Source: a virus | Taxonomy: Duplodnaviria; Heunggongvirae; Uroviricota; Caudoviricetes | IMG/VR virus record: IMGVR_UViG_2695420876_000008 | Strand: one strand, 5' to 3' | Length of the DNA stretch: 21,109 bases | In this document: positions 1 through 8,359 of the stretch, in pieces | Layout: every line of letters starts with the position of its first letter | How positions within the stretch are numbered: position 1 is the stretch's first letter | The notes under the pieces: generated by a model | What the model was told of the DNA's origin: nothing | Database searches by the model: none | The model's input: only the letters and a program-made list of their open reading frames with translations | Made by a program: the position numbers and the translations under genes

Positions 1-903
1 CCCGCCGTACACGGTGTCGTACTGGGTAGCGTATGTATTTTTCCAGTAATACGTCGTGTCACCACAAATCCACGGCACATCTGCAGCACTGCCACCATGG
101 CACTGCGCGTTAAACACGGAGAGGTCAGCACGAAACTGTGTCAGCATGGCTGTAAACAGCGCAGGTTGCTGTGCGTGGGTGGCGGCGCTCATGTCAAACT
201 CTCCCTGCATCCAGCACACCGCCAGCAACACATTTTTCGGGTTCTTCTGTAATGCAGCTTTAGTGCGCGCAATCAGGTCCTGATATAACGGTTTACCCAC
301 ACCCCAGCGTGCCGAATCCTGGCTGGCCCCCGTGTCCGCACTGAATGTCCCCTCCGCGCCCTGGGTGAATGCCGAACCACCACGACAGCATGGTACCAGC
401 AGGATCCCCGCGTTATTCGGGATATACGGAAGCAGTTTTTTGGCAATATGTAAGCCCTGGCCGACACAGCCGTACTGCCCTTTGCTCAGGTCTGCCTTCG
501 GATGATTCAGCGTACTCATATCCTGCACATCATGCAGGCAGTGGTCGGCCGGAATAATATCGTTATATCTGCAGGCAGCCCCACCCGGCGTCACTGTACT
601 GCGGCGCGCCAGCTGTTTAATACGCGGATCCGGAGCATCGTATGAATCCGGCAGCGGAAGCCCTTCACCGTAAGCCATGGCATTGGACTGCCCGGCCAGT
701 ACGATGACGTAGTACCACTCCGGCTCAGTTGCACCACTGACCACCACATCACCTTCTGCTGCAATCGCCTGCATCAGGGTATAAGGGGTTATGGCCACCG
801 GACTACCAAACGGCTGCCAGCCCTCTTTCAGTTTATGTGTCAGCTTTTCCGCAAGGTCTGACGGCGACGCCGCCCTGACAACATCATAATGTTTAATCGA
901 CAT
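1..903 (-). CDS. Prophage sialate O-acetylesterase-like protein (NanS-p type: DUF1737-like N-terminus + SGNH/SASA esterase core); N-terminal ~300 codons only, 3' end beyond the left window edge
   Basis: Minus-strand frame open from ATG at 903-901 (MSIKHYDVVRAASPSDLAEKL...) to position 1, checked by hand at both ends; SD GGGAG 7-8 nt upstream; esterase-type motif VIVLAGQSNAMAYGEG. Missing from the ORF track only because it has no in-window stop. Family assignment from memory. Confidence 0.7.
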   Translation of the reverse strand, partial: MSIKHYDVVRAASPSDLAEKLTHKLKEGWQPFGSPVAITPYTLMQAIAAEGDVVVSGATEPEWYYVIVLAGQSNAMAYGEGLPLPDSYDAPDPRIKQLARRSTVTPGGAACRYNDIIPADHCLHDVQDMSTLNHPKADLSKGQYGCVGQGLHIAKKLLPYIPNNAGILLVPCCRGGSAFTQGAEGTFSADTGASQDSARWGVGKPLYQDLIARTKAALQKNPKNVLLAVCWMQGEFDMSAATHAQQPALFTAMLTQFRADLSVFNAQCHGGSAADVPWICGDTTYYWKNTYATQYDTVYGG

Positions 904-1353
904 CGAATTTCTCCCGTGTACAGGAACAGAGTTAAAAAGCCGGAACCGGAATCAAATTACAGGATGGCCATCTGCCAGTGGCTGGTCGTAAAAAAAAGGC
1001 CACGCCATGCGCAGCCGGAAATAAAGGGATAACGATGATAGTTTGAGAAAAACAGAAACAACACTTTTGTGGCAAAGCATGGTGCCGGGTGCCTCCCGGT
1101 GAATTCAGTATCAGCACCTGAATCCGCGATTATCCCATATACCTGGTTGCTGATCGCCCCTCCGCACAGGGGGATTCACCATGCCAGTTTCTTTTAACAA
1201 ACTCCCCGCAAACCAGACAACAGTCAACCGCCTGAATTGTGAGGTATTTAAAAATTTCAACGGGTAACTGATACCCTGCTAATCGCCTGATGCTTTCTTT
1301 TTCAGCAACGGGAAAGCAACAACCACCACACCCACCAGCCGCCCATTTACCAC

Positions 1354-1381
1354 AAATAAAAAAGCCTTCAGGACTGAAGGC
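1354..1381 (-). terminator. Intrinsic terminator in the Q-proximal late leader (candidate tR')
   Basis: Minus strand: GCCTTCAG-tc-CTGAAGGC hairpin (7-bp effective stem) followed by TTTTTTATTT. The hairpin overlaps the stop codon of the 65-aa ORF. Confidence 0.55.
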
Positions 1382-1565
1382 GTCTGTAACAACCGAACTG
1401 ATAGTCTGCCAGACCCGCCATAACCAGCTGGGTCAGTATTAACTGGCAGCGTTCGCGTGAAAGGTAAGTATTCTGCGCAATCTCCCCGACGATCGCCGGT
1501 TCGGTGACGCTTAATTCATTAAACACCACTCTGGCGGTTTCGGTCATATCCTGCTGTTTCAGCAT
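1368..1565 (-). CDS. Hypothetical small protein (65 aa), possibly winged-helix-like; may instead be non-coding late leader
   Basis: ORF MLKQQDMTETARVVFNELSV...; weak or no SD; lies between Q and the downstream terminator, where lambdoid phages carry the pR' leader. Confidence 0.3.
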   Translation of the reverse strand: MLKQQDMTETARVVFNELSVTEPAIVGEIAQNTYLSRERCQLILTQLVMAGLADYQFGCYRRLQS

Positions 1566-1762
1566 GTCTTTTTCCGGTTAACGTGACACACCAATAACTC
1601 TTGTCGAAAAAGCCAGCAAGCTGAAAGACCGGTATTCACCGCCGCCAGCGCGTTTACTGTACTGGACCGATTTCAGCCATAAAAAAACCCGCTCGCGGCT
1701 GGTTTAAGCTGTGTGGCGTAGTAACCACTCTTAACATACTGACATACTTTTTGCGGACCGCG

Positions 1763-2155
1763 CTAATAATTTTTTACTTTTTTGGGCAGCCAGTCGTCCA
1801 TCTCCAGCCTTACACCCAGCATCGACAGACATCCGTCAATAAATCCTTCAGCAATCTGCATCTCAATTCGTATTGCCTTTTCGCTCTTCTTTCTTGTTCT
1901 GGCAATCTGCCTTTTTGATATGCGCAGCAGATAATGAGCTACCAGCAGCGAATACTCGTCCGGTTTTTTCTTCTTCAGGCGCGTAAGGCAGTTTTCGATG
2001 ATAAGGCCGTCATCATCGCTGCAGGCCGGGCGAGGTTTAGCGGTGGATGGTAAAAGGCCTTTAAATCCAGCAGCTATCGGAGAATAGTCCACCCCGGCGT
2101 TACCACTTGCCGCCCATGCCCCCCAGCGTTCGAGAACCATCTGAATATCACGCAT
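1763..2155 (-). CDS. Late-gene antiterminator Q (QuuD / phage-82-Q-like family)
   Basis: Protein starts MRDIQMVLERWGAWAA... and contains ...AAGFKG... and ...RLEMD..., matching my recollection of E. coli QuuD. ATG at 2155-2153 overlaps the upstream stop (TAATG). The ORF track start at 2164 is an in-frame GTG 3 codons upstream. Confidence 0.8.
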   Translation of the reverse strand: MRDIQMVLERWGAWAASGNAGVDYSPIAAGFKGLLPSTAKPRPACSDDDGLIIENCLTRLKKKKPDEYSLLVAHYLLRISKRQIARTRKKSEKAIRIEMQIAEGFIDGCLSMLGVRLEMDDWLPKKVKNY

Positions 2156-3012
2156 TATTCGCACTCACCAACCAGATTGAGAATGACCGCTGCACCGTCG
2201 TCTTCCATGCATTCACCCTTACCACTTGCCAGAAACCAGCGGCACACCTCCACGGCTTCAGCGCGTGTCACCGGTTTGATGGTTGCCAGCAATTTTTCAA
2301 GGTAGCGCTCCCGGTCATATACCGATTCGTGATGCTCAGAGTAACCAAACTCATCGCCCTGTTCTTTAGTTGCAGTGTGGCGAACACTGTAGAGCCAGTC
2401 CCAGTAAACGAACTCGCGAACAACATCAGACAGCGTATAAGGCTCAGGCAGCACATCGCGATATCCATCAACAAATGCCCGACGCTGTTCATCAATTTCG
2501 TTCATGCGGCTGCCGCCAATGCTTCCGGCTTTTTTCTCTGCCGCAGTCCAGCCCCAGAGATGATCGTTGATAAATTTCTGGGAAGACCTGATGACCCGCT
2601 CTGCTTCCACATCTTCGAGCGCTGCTTCATAGCTACCAAACGTAGCCCTGACTGATGCCGCTTTTTTGATGTTCTCCCGGGCGTTCCTGATAACCTGCGC
2701 AGGGTTATCCATGCCGATGATGCCGAACGCAACCTGGAAAGGTTCGTAACCATTCGCCAGCAGATAACGCGAATAGCGTTCCTGAGCCTCTTTTGGGGAA
2801 ATTTTAATTTTCACCAGCGCAGCCTCAGCAGCATCCAGATGTGCGGGTTCGTTCAGACGGATAACCTCCAGCACCCAAAGATAAGCATCAGTCTGCTTAT
2901 GCCCGGTGATTCTCCGTTGCTCTGGCAGGGGCTTGATGTTTGCGAGGGCGGAGCTGTACGCTGCCGTCGGGATGGTGAATAGTGCTTTATGTTCGTTATT
3001 ATCAGTACGCAT
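2155..3012 (-). CDS. Hypothetical phage protein (285 aa), nin-region position between primase and Q
   Basis: Long ORF translationally coupled on both sides (TAATG overlaps at 3012 and 2155); no family recognised. Confidence 0.6.
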   Translation of the reverse strand: MRTDNNEHKALFTIPTAAYSSALANIKPLPEQRRITGHKQTDAYLWVLEVIRLNEPAHLDAAEAALVKIKISPKEAQERYSRYLLANGYEPFQVAFGIIGMDNPAQVIRNARENIKKAASVRATFGSYEAALEDVEAERVIRSSQKFINDHLWGWTAAEKKAGSIGGSRMNEIDEQRRAFVDGYRDVLPEPYTLSDVVREFVYWDWLYSVRHTATKEQGDEFGYSEHHESVYDRERYLEKLLATIKPVTRAEAVEVCRWFLASGKGECMEDDGAAVILNLVGECE

Positions 3013-3980
3013 TACGCAACCGCCTTTTTCTTATGGAAAACCAGCTCTCGAACCTGATCACCGTTCATGAGCATATTGTTGAAATCATCGTGATCCGGCC
3101 AGTACACGCTCACGCGCTGCAGGTCATTCTTTGCCATCAGATTGGCATGAGCACATTCGCAAGCCGCAGCCAGCCCGGTGGCGCTGTTCTCGTCACGGTC
3201 GGCAAAAATAATCAGGTGCAGAACACCAGCTGGTACGCGAAACTTTTTCATAAAGCCGCTGTTAATGGTTGCCCAGGTGTTCACGTTATAAATCTGGTGC
3301 GCTGACAGCGCTGTTTCGATGCCTTCGGCGATACCCAGAGTGCTGGCGACAGGAAACATGCGGATAGCTACAGAACGAGCGTGATCCAAATAGTTATCTT
3401 CCTGCAGGGATTTGAGGCGCTTTGCACTGCTACCGATATCTGCTTTTTTATCACCATCAAGCAGAGTCTGGTGCAGATAGCACAACTCCCCTTTATCGTC
3501 CGTAGCAAGTGAATAAAGAGACTGGAACACACTCCCGTTGTGTCTCTGCCTGGCATTGAACCGGATCGCCTCAGCAGGAAGACTGAATATTCCACGAGAA
3601 TTAAGATACGCTGCGCCGGATGTACCACGCAGTGCCTCCAGTTTTGAAAACTTGCTCAATACCCGTTTGCGTAAGCTGGTGGCGCTGCTGGTTACCGGGA
3701 TTTTAACCCGTTGGTAATCATTACCGATCAGGCGGTCTATTTCGGTACAAATCTCGTTAAATGGCTTCGCCTGTGTCAGGGTGACAAGTTTCATACCATC
3801 GCCACTACCACATACACAGATCCACGTTCCTGCACCGTCGCGGTCGTCAATTCGGAACTTGCCACGTGCACCGCATACCGGGCATTCACCCTTGAAGTGA
3901 TTTTTTCCGGTTATCGGCGGCAGACCGAAGTGCTCTAATATTTCAGGCCAGCGGCCTTTCGCTGCATCTGCTGTTTTCAT
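3012..3980 (-). CDS. DNA primase (N-terminal Zn-ribbon + TOPRIM domain)
   Basis: CPVCGARGKFRID...WICVCGSGDG zinc-ribbon; TOPRIM motifs AEGIETALS and IIFADRDENSATG; ATG one nt after the helicase stop. Confidence 0.8.
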   Translation of the reverse strand: MKTADAAKGRWPEILEHFGLPPITGKNHFKGECPVCGARGKFRIDDRDGAGTWICVCGSGDGMKLVTLTQAKPFNEICTEIDRLIGNDYQRVKIPVTSSATSLRKRVLSKFSKLEALRGTSGAAYLNSRGIFSLPAEAIRFNARQRHNGSVFQSLYSLATDDKGELCYLHQTLLDGDKKADIGSSAKRLKSLQEDNYLDHARSVAIRMFPVASTLGIAEGIETALSAHQIYNVNTWATINSGFMKKFRVPAGVLHLIIFADRDENSATGLAAACECAHANLMAKNDLQRVSVYWPDHDDFNNMLMNGDQVRELVFHKKKAVA

Positions 3981-3981
3981 C

Positions 3982-5640
3982 TTACTGACTCAGACTGTTT
4001 ATATTTTTCTGGAGTTGGTGCTTTGCCTGCATGATGCGCCAGGCCTCACTGCCTGCCGGTATCTCACGTCGTTCATCACGTTCCTGAGATAAATCAATCG
4101 TTGTTTGTGCGTTTTCAGTGACCTTCTGAACCCGCTGGTGGCCTTTGGCAAACCGGATCAGTTTGTGTCTGATGTAGTTATTTACCTCAGGGGTAATTTC
4201 CATCGGAAAGTTACTCAGTCCGTCAGGCCACTCACCGAACTTTTCCCGGAAAGTGTGAGCACACCATCCGTCACTGACTGGACGCCCCAGCGAAGCACGC
4301 TGGCGCTGATAAAATTTGATCTGACTCCACCAGGACTGTTTCTCTGCCTTCGTCGACTGATGCTGATTTTTACCCAGCTTATTAAGTTTGCGGCTAGTGT
4401 CAGTATCAACGTCTTCACCTCGCAGCGGCTTGTGTCCACATTTCGGGCAAACATAGACGCCTGCTGGCTTCATGTAGTGGCATTGAGGGCATTCATGTGG
4501 CAGTTTTTCGGCCCGTTCCTCAACTGCCCGGCGCGCGCTTTCCTCCATGCCGTCAGACTTACCGGGAAGCTCGTCGTACTCGATTGAATCCGGATAACCC
4601 AAACGGTGCACGGTGCCGCTGTGATCGAAGATAAGGCAGGACTCTTTACCCGGTGCGGTGCGCAGCCCACGCCCGAGAGCCTGCAACCAGCGAATTTCGC
4701 TTTTTGTTGGCCTGGCGTAGATGATGCAACGAACGTCACTATCAAAGCCGGCCACCAGAACGCCCACACTAACGATGATTTTCGTTGCACCGGTTTCAAA
4801 GCGGTGAATGATGGTCTGGCGCTCATCTACCGGAGTGTCGGCGGTCATTACCTCAGCGTTAACACCCGCCAGGTTAAACTGGATTGTCAGATAATTGGCG
4901 TGAGCTACGTTGACGCAGAAAGCGATGGTAGGTAAATCCCGACCATTCTCCAGCCAGTTCTGTACGATGTCGCCCACCAGCGTAGAGCCGCACATGATTT
5001 CAGCCAGCTGTGTTTCGTTGTAATCGCGGCCGTACTCAAGCGAAGATGTGGTTTTAACACCTTTCAGATCCGGCTTAGTTGGCGCGTAAAATTCGTATTT
5101 ACTCAGATCGCCACGCTGGATTAACTCGCCGATGGTGGTCGGCTTAATCAGTCGGTCATAGTATTTGCCCAGGAACGGAGAAAACGGAGTACCCGACAGG
5201 CCAATCACCTTTACGCCTTTGCCGCGCAGACGTTCGATATCCTTCAGGATGCGTTTTTTACGCAGGTGCGCTTCGTCGATAATCAGCAGATCGATATTTT
5301 CAGGAAAAACACGACGAATAAGCGTGTCAGCGCTGGCAATCTGAATTTTCCGGTCCGGATCGTAGTTCGGGTGATCCGCCCAGATATAACCGATTTCATC
5401 TCCAGGTAAACCATACTGCACGAACCGATTAGCCGTCTGACCAATCAGGATGGTGTACGGAACACAGAACAGAACACGCATACCACGGCTGACAAAACCA
5501 GCAACTATGAAGGCTGCCAGACCCGTTTTACCGCTACCTGTTGGCGAGTAAACCATGAAGGTGTCGTTTGCCTTCCAGTCACGGCGCAACATGTTTAACG
5601 CTCGTTCCTGTGCAAAATTCGGCGTGATCGTCAGCTCCAT
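3982..5640 (-). CDS. Superfamily-2 DEAD/DEAH-box helicase, replication module, with C-terminal Cys4 zinc-ribbon
   Basis: Walker A YSPTGSGKTGLA; motif II LLIIDEAH; SGTPF; motif VI QALGRGLR; CPQCH...CPKCGH. SD GGGAG 7 nt upstream of ATG 5640. Confidence 0.85.
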   Translation of the reverse strand: MELTITPNFAQERALNMLRRDWKANDTFMVYSPTGSGKTGLAAFIVAGFVSRGMRVLFCVPYTILIGQTANRFVQYGLPGDEIGYIWADHPNYDPDRKIQIASADTLIRRVFPENIDLLIIDEAHLRKKRILKDIERLRGKGVKVIGLSGTPFSPFLGKYYDRLIKPTTIGELIQRGDLSKYEFYAPTKPDLKGVKTTSSLEYGRDYNETQLAEIMCGSTLVGDIVQNWLENGRDLPTIAFCVNVAHANYLTIQFNLAGVNAEVMTADTPVDERQTIIHRFETGATKIIVSVGVLVAGFDSDVRCIIYARPTKSEIRWLQALGRGLRTAPGKESCLIFDHSGTVHRLGYPDSIEYDELPGKSDGMEESARRAVEERAEKLPHECPQCHYMKPAGVYVCPKCGHKPLRGEDVDTDTSRKLNKLGKNQHQSTKAEKQSWWSQIKFYQRQRASLGRPVSDGWCAHTFREKFGEWPDGLSNFPMEITPEVNNYIRHKLIRFAKGHQRVQKVTENAQTTIDLSQERDERREIPAGSEAWRIMQAKHQLQKNINSLSQ

Positions 5641-5927
5641 TGTGCAGCTCCCGTGCTGATGAGATAATAATTTTGTGATGTGGTTTTCATGGATTCCCCC
5701 TCACATGGCTGGTGGCCTCCCCAAAGGCTGCCAGCCTCCCTTCTGATTCAGCTCCTCTGAAAAATCACTCTTCCAGGAAGAACCCTTTTCGTTTCTCAGC
5801 GCCTGAGCGCTTTGTACTACCTTGCTGATACGGGCGTTTTTTTAAATTGCGCCCTTAAGACAGTGATCTACTTAACCAATGGATCTCTCCTGTTGGAAAA
5901 GACCCTATTCCTGCCCCAACACCCAAT

Positions 5928-5945
5928 CCCCCCTTACCCCCCTTA
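5928..5945. repeat. Tandem CCCCCCTTA x2 inside a C-rich block (5914-5956) in the 410-bp intergenic region
   Basis: Direct reading: aat CCCCCCTTA CCCCCCTTA CCCTCTTCCCC. Confidence 0.6.
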
Positions 5946-6053
5946 CCCTCTTCCCCATAAAAACGTACTACTTCCCTAGTACACATGAGGAGTTGGGTCA
6001 GTTGGTTGCCAACCTGAACAGGCACCTTTAAGCCTGCTTCTGTTCGGGTACCT

Positions 6054-6362
6054 TTAAACCCGAAACAGTGAGGAGCGCGATTGCGATCCAGCCAGGGGAG
6101 GTTCGGCTGTATACCCCTGTAAAGCTCTGCCCTGATTTCTTACAAACAGGCGGAGCCTTGTGTTTGCTTCGTGCCTTGCTCTGTTCTCCTTGCGGAATGA
6201 AACAGGCTCAGCGTCAAAAGTGATTTCGTATACCTCCGCATATTTCAGGGCAACCTTCCGTCTCAGTGACGGAGGCAGCCCCTGTAACTGCTGCTGAATC
6301 CACTCTTCGTCTGCCTGGCAGTACCTAGATGGCATCTCTGTCTGAACGTAATTCTGGGACAT
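6054..6362 (-). CDS. Small regulatory protein in the cII position (possible CII/YdaT-like analogue; function unassigned)
   Basis: 102-aa ORF immediately downstream of the Cro-like gene on the same strand, overlapping it by 38 nt; SD GGAGGTGAA upstream of ATG 6362. Confidence 0.5.
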   Translation of the reverse strand: MSQNYVQTEMPSRYCQADEEWIQQQLQGLPPSLRRKVALKYAEVYEITFDAEPVSFRKENRARHEANTRLRLFVRNQGRALQGYTAEPPLAGSQSRSSLFRV

Positions 6363-6612
6363 ACAAGCCCTTCACCTCCCCCGTGCGCGCTAAGCTTGGA
6401 TGTGGAAAAAGCTCTGGTAGGTCTGGCCGAAATTCATACGCTTGGATCTTTCCGTCGACAGCTGCAACCAATAACGGCACAAATTCTGGTGAAATCTTGT
6501 TCTTGCAGTTCAACCAATCGCAGACTGTTGACTGGGCCTTTCCGCATCGCTTGGCTAAGGCTTGCTGACTTCCAAGAATCTCAATAGCTTTCTCTATGGC
6601 TTTATGTTTCAT
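6325..6612 (-). CDS. Cro-like repressor (YdaS-type HTH)
   Basis: MKHKAIEKAIEILGSQQALAKRCGKAQSTVCDWLN...AYEFRPDL resembles the YdaS/Cro-like HTH pattern as recalled. Start chosen at ATG 6612 with SD AGGAG 8 nt upstream, not the track's 6663. Divergent from the CI-like gene. Confidence 0.75.
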   Translation of the reverse strand: MKHKAIEKAIEILGSQQALAKRCGKAQSTVCDWLNCKNKISPEFVPLLVAAVDGKIQAYEFRPDLPELFPHPSLARTGEVKGLYVPELRSDRDAI

Positions 6613-6634
6613 AATCGCATCTCCTATTGAACGC

Positions 6635-6663
6635 ATAATAACAACAGGAAAAGCGATATTCAA
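6635..6663 (-). promoter_or_regulatory. Candidate pR-like promoter for the Cro-like operon
   Basis: Minus strand: -35 TTGAAT (plus 6658-6663), 17-nt spacer, -10 TATTAT (plus 6635-6640), about 20 nt upstream of the cro SD. Confidence 0.4.
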
Positions 6664-6679
6664 CGTTAAACATAGAATA

Positions 6680-6699
6680 TTTATCGGAAAGCCGATAAA
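6680..6699. promoter_or_regulatory. 20-bp perfect palindromic operator candidate, TTTATCGG-AAAG-CCGATAAA
   Basis: Perfect 8-bp inverted arms with 4-bp spacer between the divergent cro-like and cI-like genes. Confidence 0.55.
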
Positions 6700-6731
6700 C
6701 TAGCCAAGATAGAGAGGGGAGGAAAATCGCA

Positions 6732-7424
6732 ATGACATTTTCAGAACGACTTGATTTAGCTATGCGCAACGCAAAATTTACGCAAGGTAGGCTGGCCAAA
6801 GAAGTGGGTATGGCTCAGTCCAGTGTTAATCAACTACTTAACAAAGCCAACGGTTCCAGAAAAACAGTCGAAATAGCAAAAGTTTTGGGCGTTAACCCGG
6901 AATGGCTCGCATCGGGTGTTGGCCCAATGGAAATCGTGACCTCTGCAGACTCACACCAAATACGTAACATTTCTGAAGATTGGGTTACTGATTCGTATGT
7001 CGTGGATGTTTTAGACATCAGATATAGTTGCGGACCTGGTAGTTATAACTCTGATTTTCCTGATATTGTCAGATCTATAGCGATAGAACCAGGATACGCA
7101 TCAAGAGTTTTTGGCGGCAGACCAGCATCAGCAATCAAAGCAATAAACGCCCACGGCGACAGTATGAAAGGCACAATAGACCCTGAAGACTTGGTATTTG
7201 TAGATGTATCAGTTCGCACATTTAATGGTGATGGTATATACGCCTTTACATACTCTGGAACATCGCACATCAAAAGACTTCAAAAAATCAAAGATACTCT
7301 AACGGTGATATCTGACAACCCAGCTTACAAGGATTGGGCTATCGAACCGGAAGACTTCGAACAACTTCACATTGACGGAAAAGTAATTGTCAGTTGGCCT
7401 ATGACACTACACCGTTTTGCATAA
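6732..7424 (+). CDS. CI-type prophage repressor (N-terminal HTH + C-terminal LexA/S24 autopeptidase domain)
   Basis: HTH segment QGRLAKEVGMAQSSVNQL; S24 catalytic motifs GDSM and HIKRL; SD GGAGG 9 nt upstream. Confidence 0.9.
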   Translation: MTFSERLDLAMRNAKFTQGRLAKEVGMAQSSVNQLLNKANGSRKTVEIAKVLGVNPEWLASGVGPMEIVTSADSHQIRNISEDWVTDSYVVDVLDIRYSCGPGSYNSDFPDIVRSIAIEPGYASRVFGGRPASAIKAINAHGDSMKGTIDPEDLVFVDVSVRTFNGDGIYAFTYSGTSHIKRLQKIKDTLTVISDNPAYKDWAIEPEDFEQLHIDGKVIVSWPMTLHRFA

Positions 7425-7442
7425 GCAAAAATCATTTAACCC

Positions 7443-7468
7443 GCCCACTCTTAAGTGGGCTTTTTTTT
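7443..7468 (+). terminator. Intrinsic terminator after the repressor gene
   Basis: GCCCACT-ctta-AGTGGGC hairpin followed by T8. Confidence 0.7.
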
Positions 7469-7484
7469 GGGAAAAAATCGATAA

Positions 7485-7518
7485 ACCGATTGACAGGTGA
7501 AATCGGTAAACCTATTAT
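7485..7518 (+). promoter_or_regulatory. Candidate pL-like sigma70 promoter overlapped by an operator-like inverted repeat
   Basis: -35 TTGACA (7490-7495), 17-nt spacer, -10 TATTAT (7513-7518); inverted repeat ACCGATT (7485-7491) / AATCGGT (7501-7507); half-sites related to the 6680 palindrome. Confidence 0.5.
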
Positions 7519-7567
7519 CTTGACATAGGTATCGAACTCACCAAAGCAATTATAGAGGATGAGAAAA

Positions 7568-7978
7568 ATGTCATCGTATATGGGATTACCAACAAATCAG
7601 CACGATGCTCTTGAGAATATTCAGCTCTTAGTAGGGACTGGTGCACTACTGTATAGCAGCAATAACCCTGAGTTAATTGAACTTGCCAGCTCCATCCTGG
7701 CTGTAACTCAAAAATATAGCCTCACCGCGTCACGTTTATGCAAACAAAATTTAGCTATTAATTCCCAGAATCGGATTCGCACCCAACGCGAAACCTGCGG
7801 CTTAACAACCGCCGAACTCGCTAGGCTGCTCGATCTCGATGAAGAAATTATCATCCAGTGGGAGAGCGGAGAGTACGAACCAACCATCAGCATGCTTATC
7901 CCTCTGGCTAATGTTCTTGGCTGTGATCCAATGTTGTTATTGACTGATGCTTATAAACAAAATCAGGAGGAAGCATAA
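7568..7978 (+). CDS. HTH_XRE-domain protein (C-terminal HTH, uncharacterised N-terminal domain); first gene after the pL-like promoter
   Basis: C-terminal LTTAELARLLDLDEEIIIQWESGEYEPTISMLIPLANVLG is a Cro/C1-type HTH. Start at ATG 7568 preferred (SD AGAGGA upstream); the track's 7559 is in frame. Confidence 0.65.
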   Translation: MSSYMGLPTNQHDALENIQLLVGTGALLYSSNNPELIELASSILAVTQKYSLTASRLCKQNLAINSQNRIRTQRETCGLTTAELARLLDLDEEIIIQWESGEYEPTISMLIPLANVLGCDPMLLLTDAYKQNQEEA

Positions 7979-7979
7979 G

Positions 7980-8171
7980 ATGAAAATGTTCAAAGGCCTT
8001 ACCAACGAACCGGAGACAACTTTTCATCACATTGCCGTACTGCTTGAAGCGGGGTTAATCATTTCGGCTTCCGGTGATGAAGAATGTGATGAACTTTCGG
8101 ATGATATCTTTTTACTGGCACAACAATACGCCAGAAGCGCATGCGATGCATTTAAGGAGCAAAGAACATGA
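7980..8171 (+). CDS. Hypothetical small acidic protein (63 aa)
   Basis: ATG 7980 with SD AGGAGG about 10 nt upstream (shorter than the track ORF); stop overlaps the next start (ATGA). Confidence 0.5.
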   Translation: MKMFKGLTNEPETTFHHIAVLLEAGLIISASGDEECDELSDDIFLLAQQYARSACDAFKEQRT

Positions 8172-8359
8172 AAACTCCATTAAATATTCTTGAGGAAGTG
8201 GCAGCACAAATAAAAGAGAATACATCAATGCTTGAATTTATATTTAAGAATTCGCCCGACTCAGGAGAGACAGACGATTATTTATGTTGCCTCATTCGCT
8301 CCATGAATAAAACCTGTGAAATGGCTTACGCGTATATCGACACACTGCGCAACGAATAA
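8168..8359 (+). CDS. Hypothetical small protein (63 aa)
   Basis: ATG 8168 with SD AAGGAG 9 nt upstream; translationally coupled to the previous ORF. Confidence 0.55.
   Translation: MKTPLNILEEVAAQIKENTSMLEFIFKNSPDSGETDDYLCCLIRSMNKTCEMAYAYIDTLRNE

Noticed and set aside
56-557. Short ORFs 56-283 (+), 273-467 (-) and 369-557 (+)
   Set aside because: All overlap the long minus-strand esterase reading frame that runs from 903 to the window edge; no independent support.
2107-2655. Plus-strand ORFs (2107-2655, 2370-2570, 2982-3305, 3711-3938, 4105-4587, 4606-4935) antisense to the Q/primase/helicase genes
   Set aside because: They lie entirely inside longer, motif-supported minus-strand genes, lack credible RBSs and show no recognisable domains; judged to be shadow ORFs.
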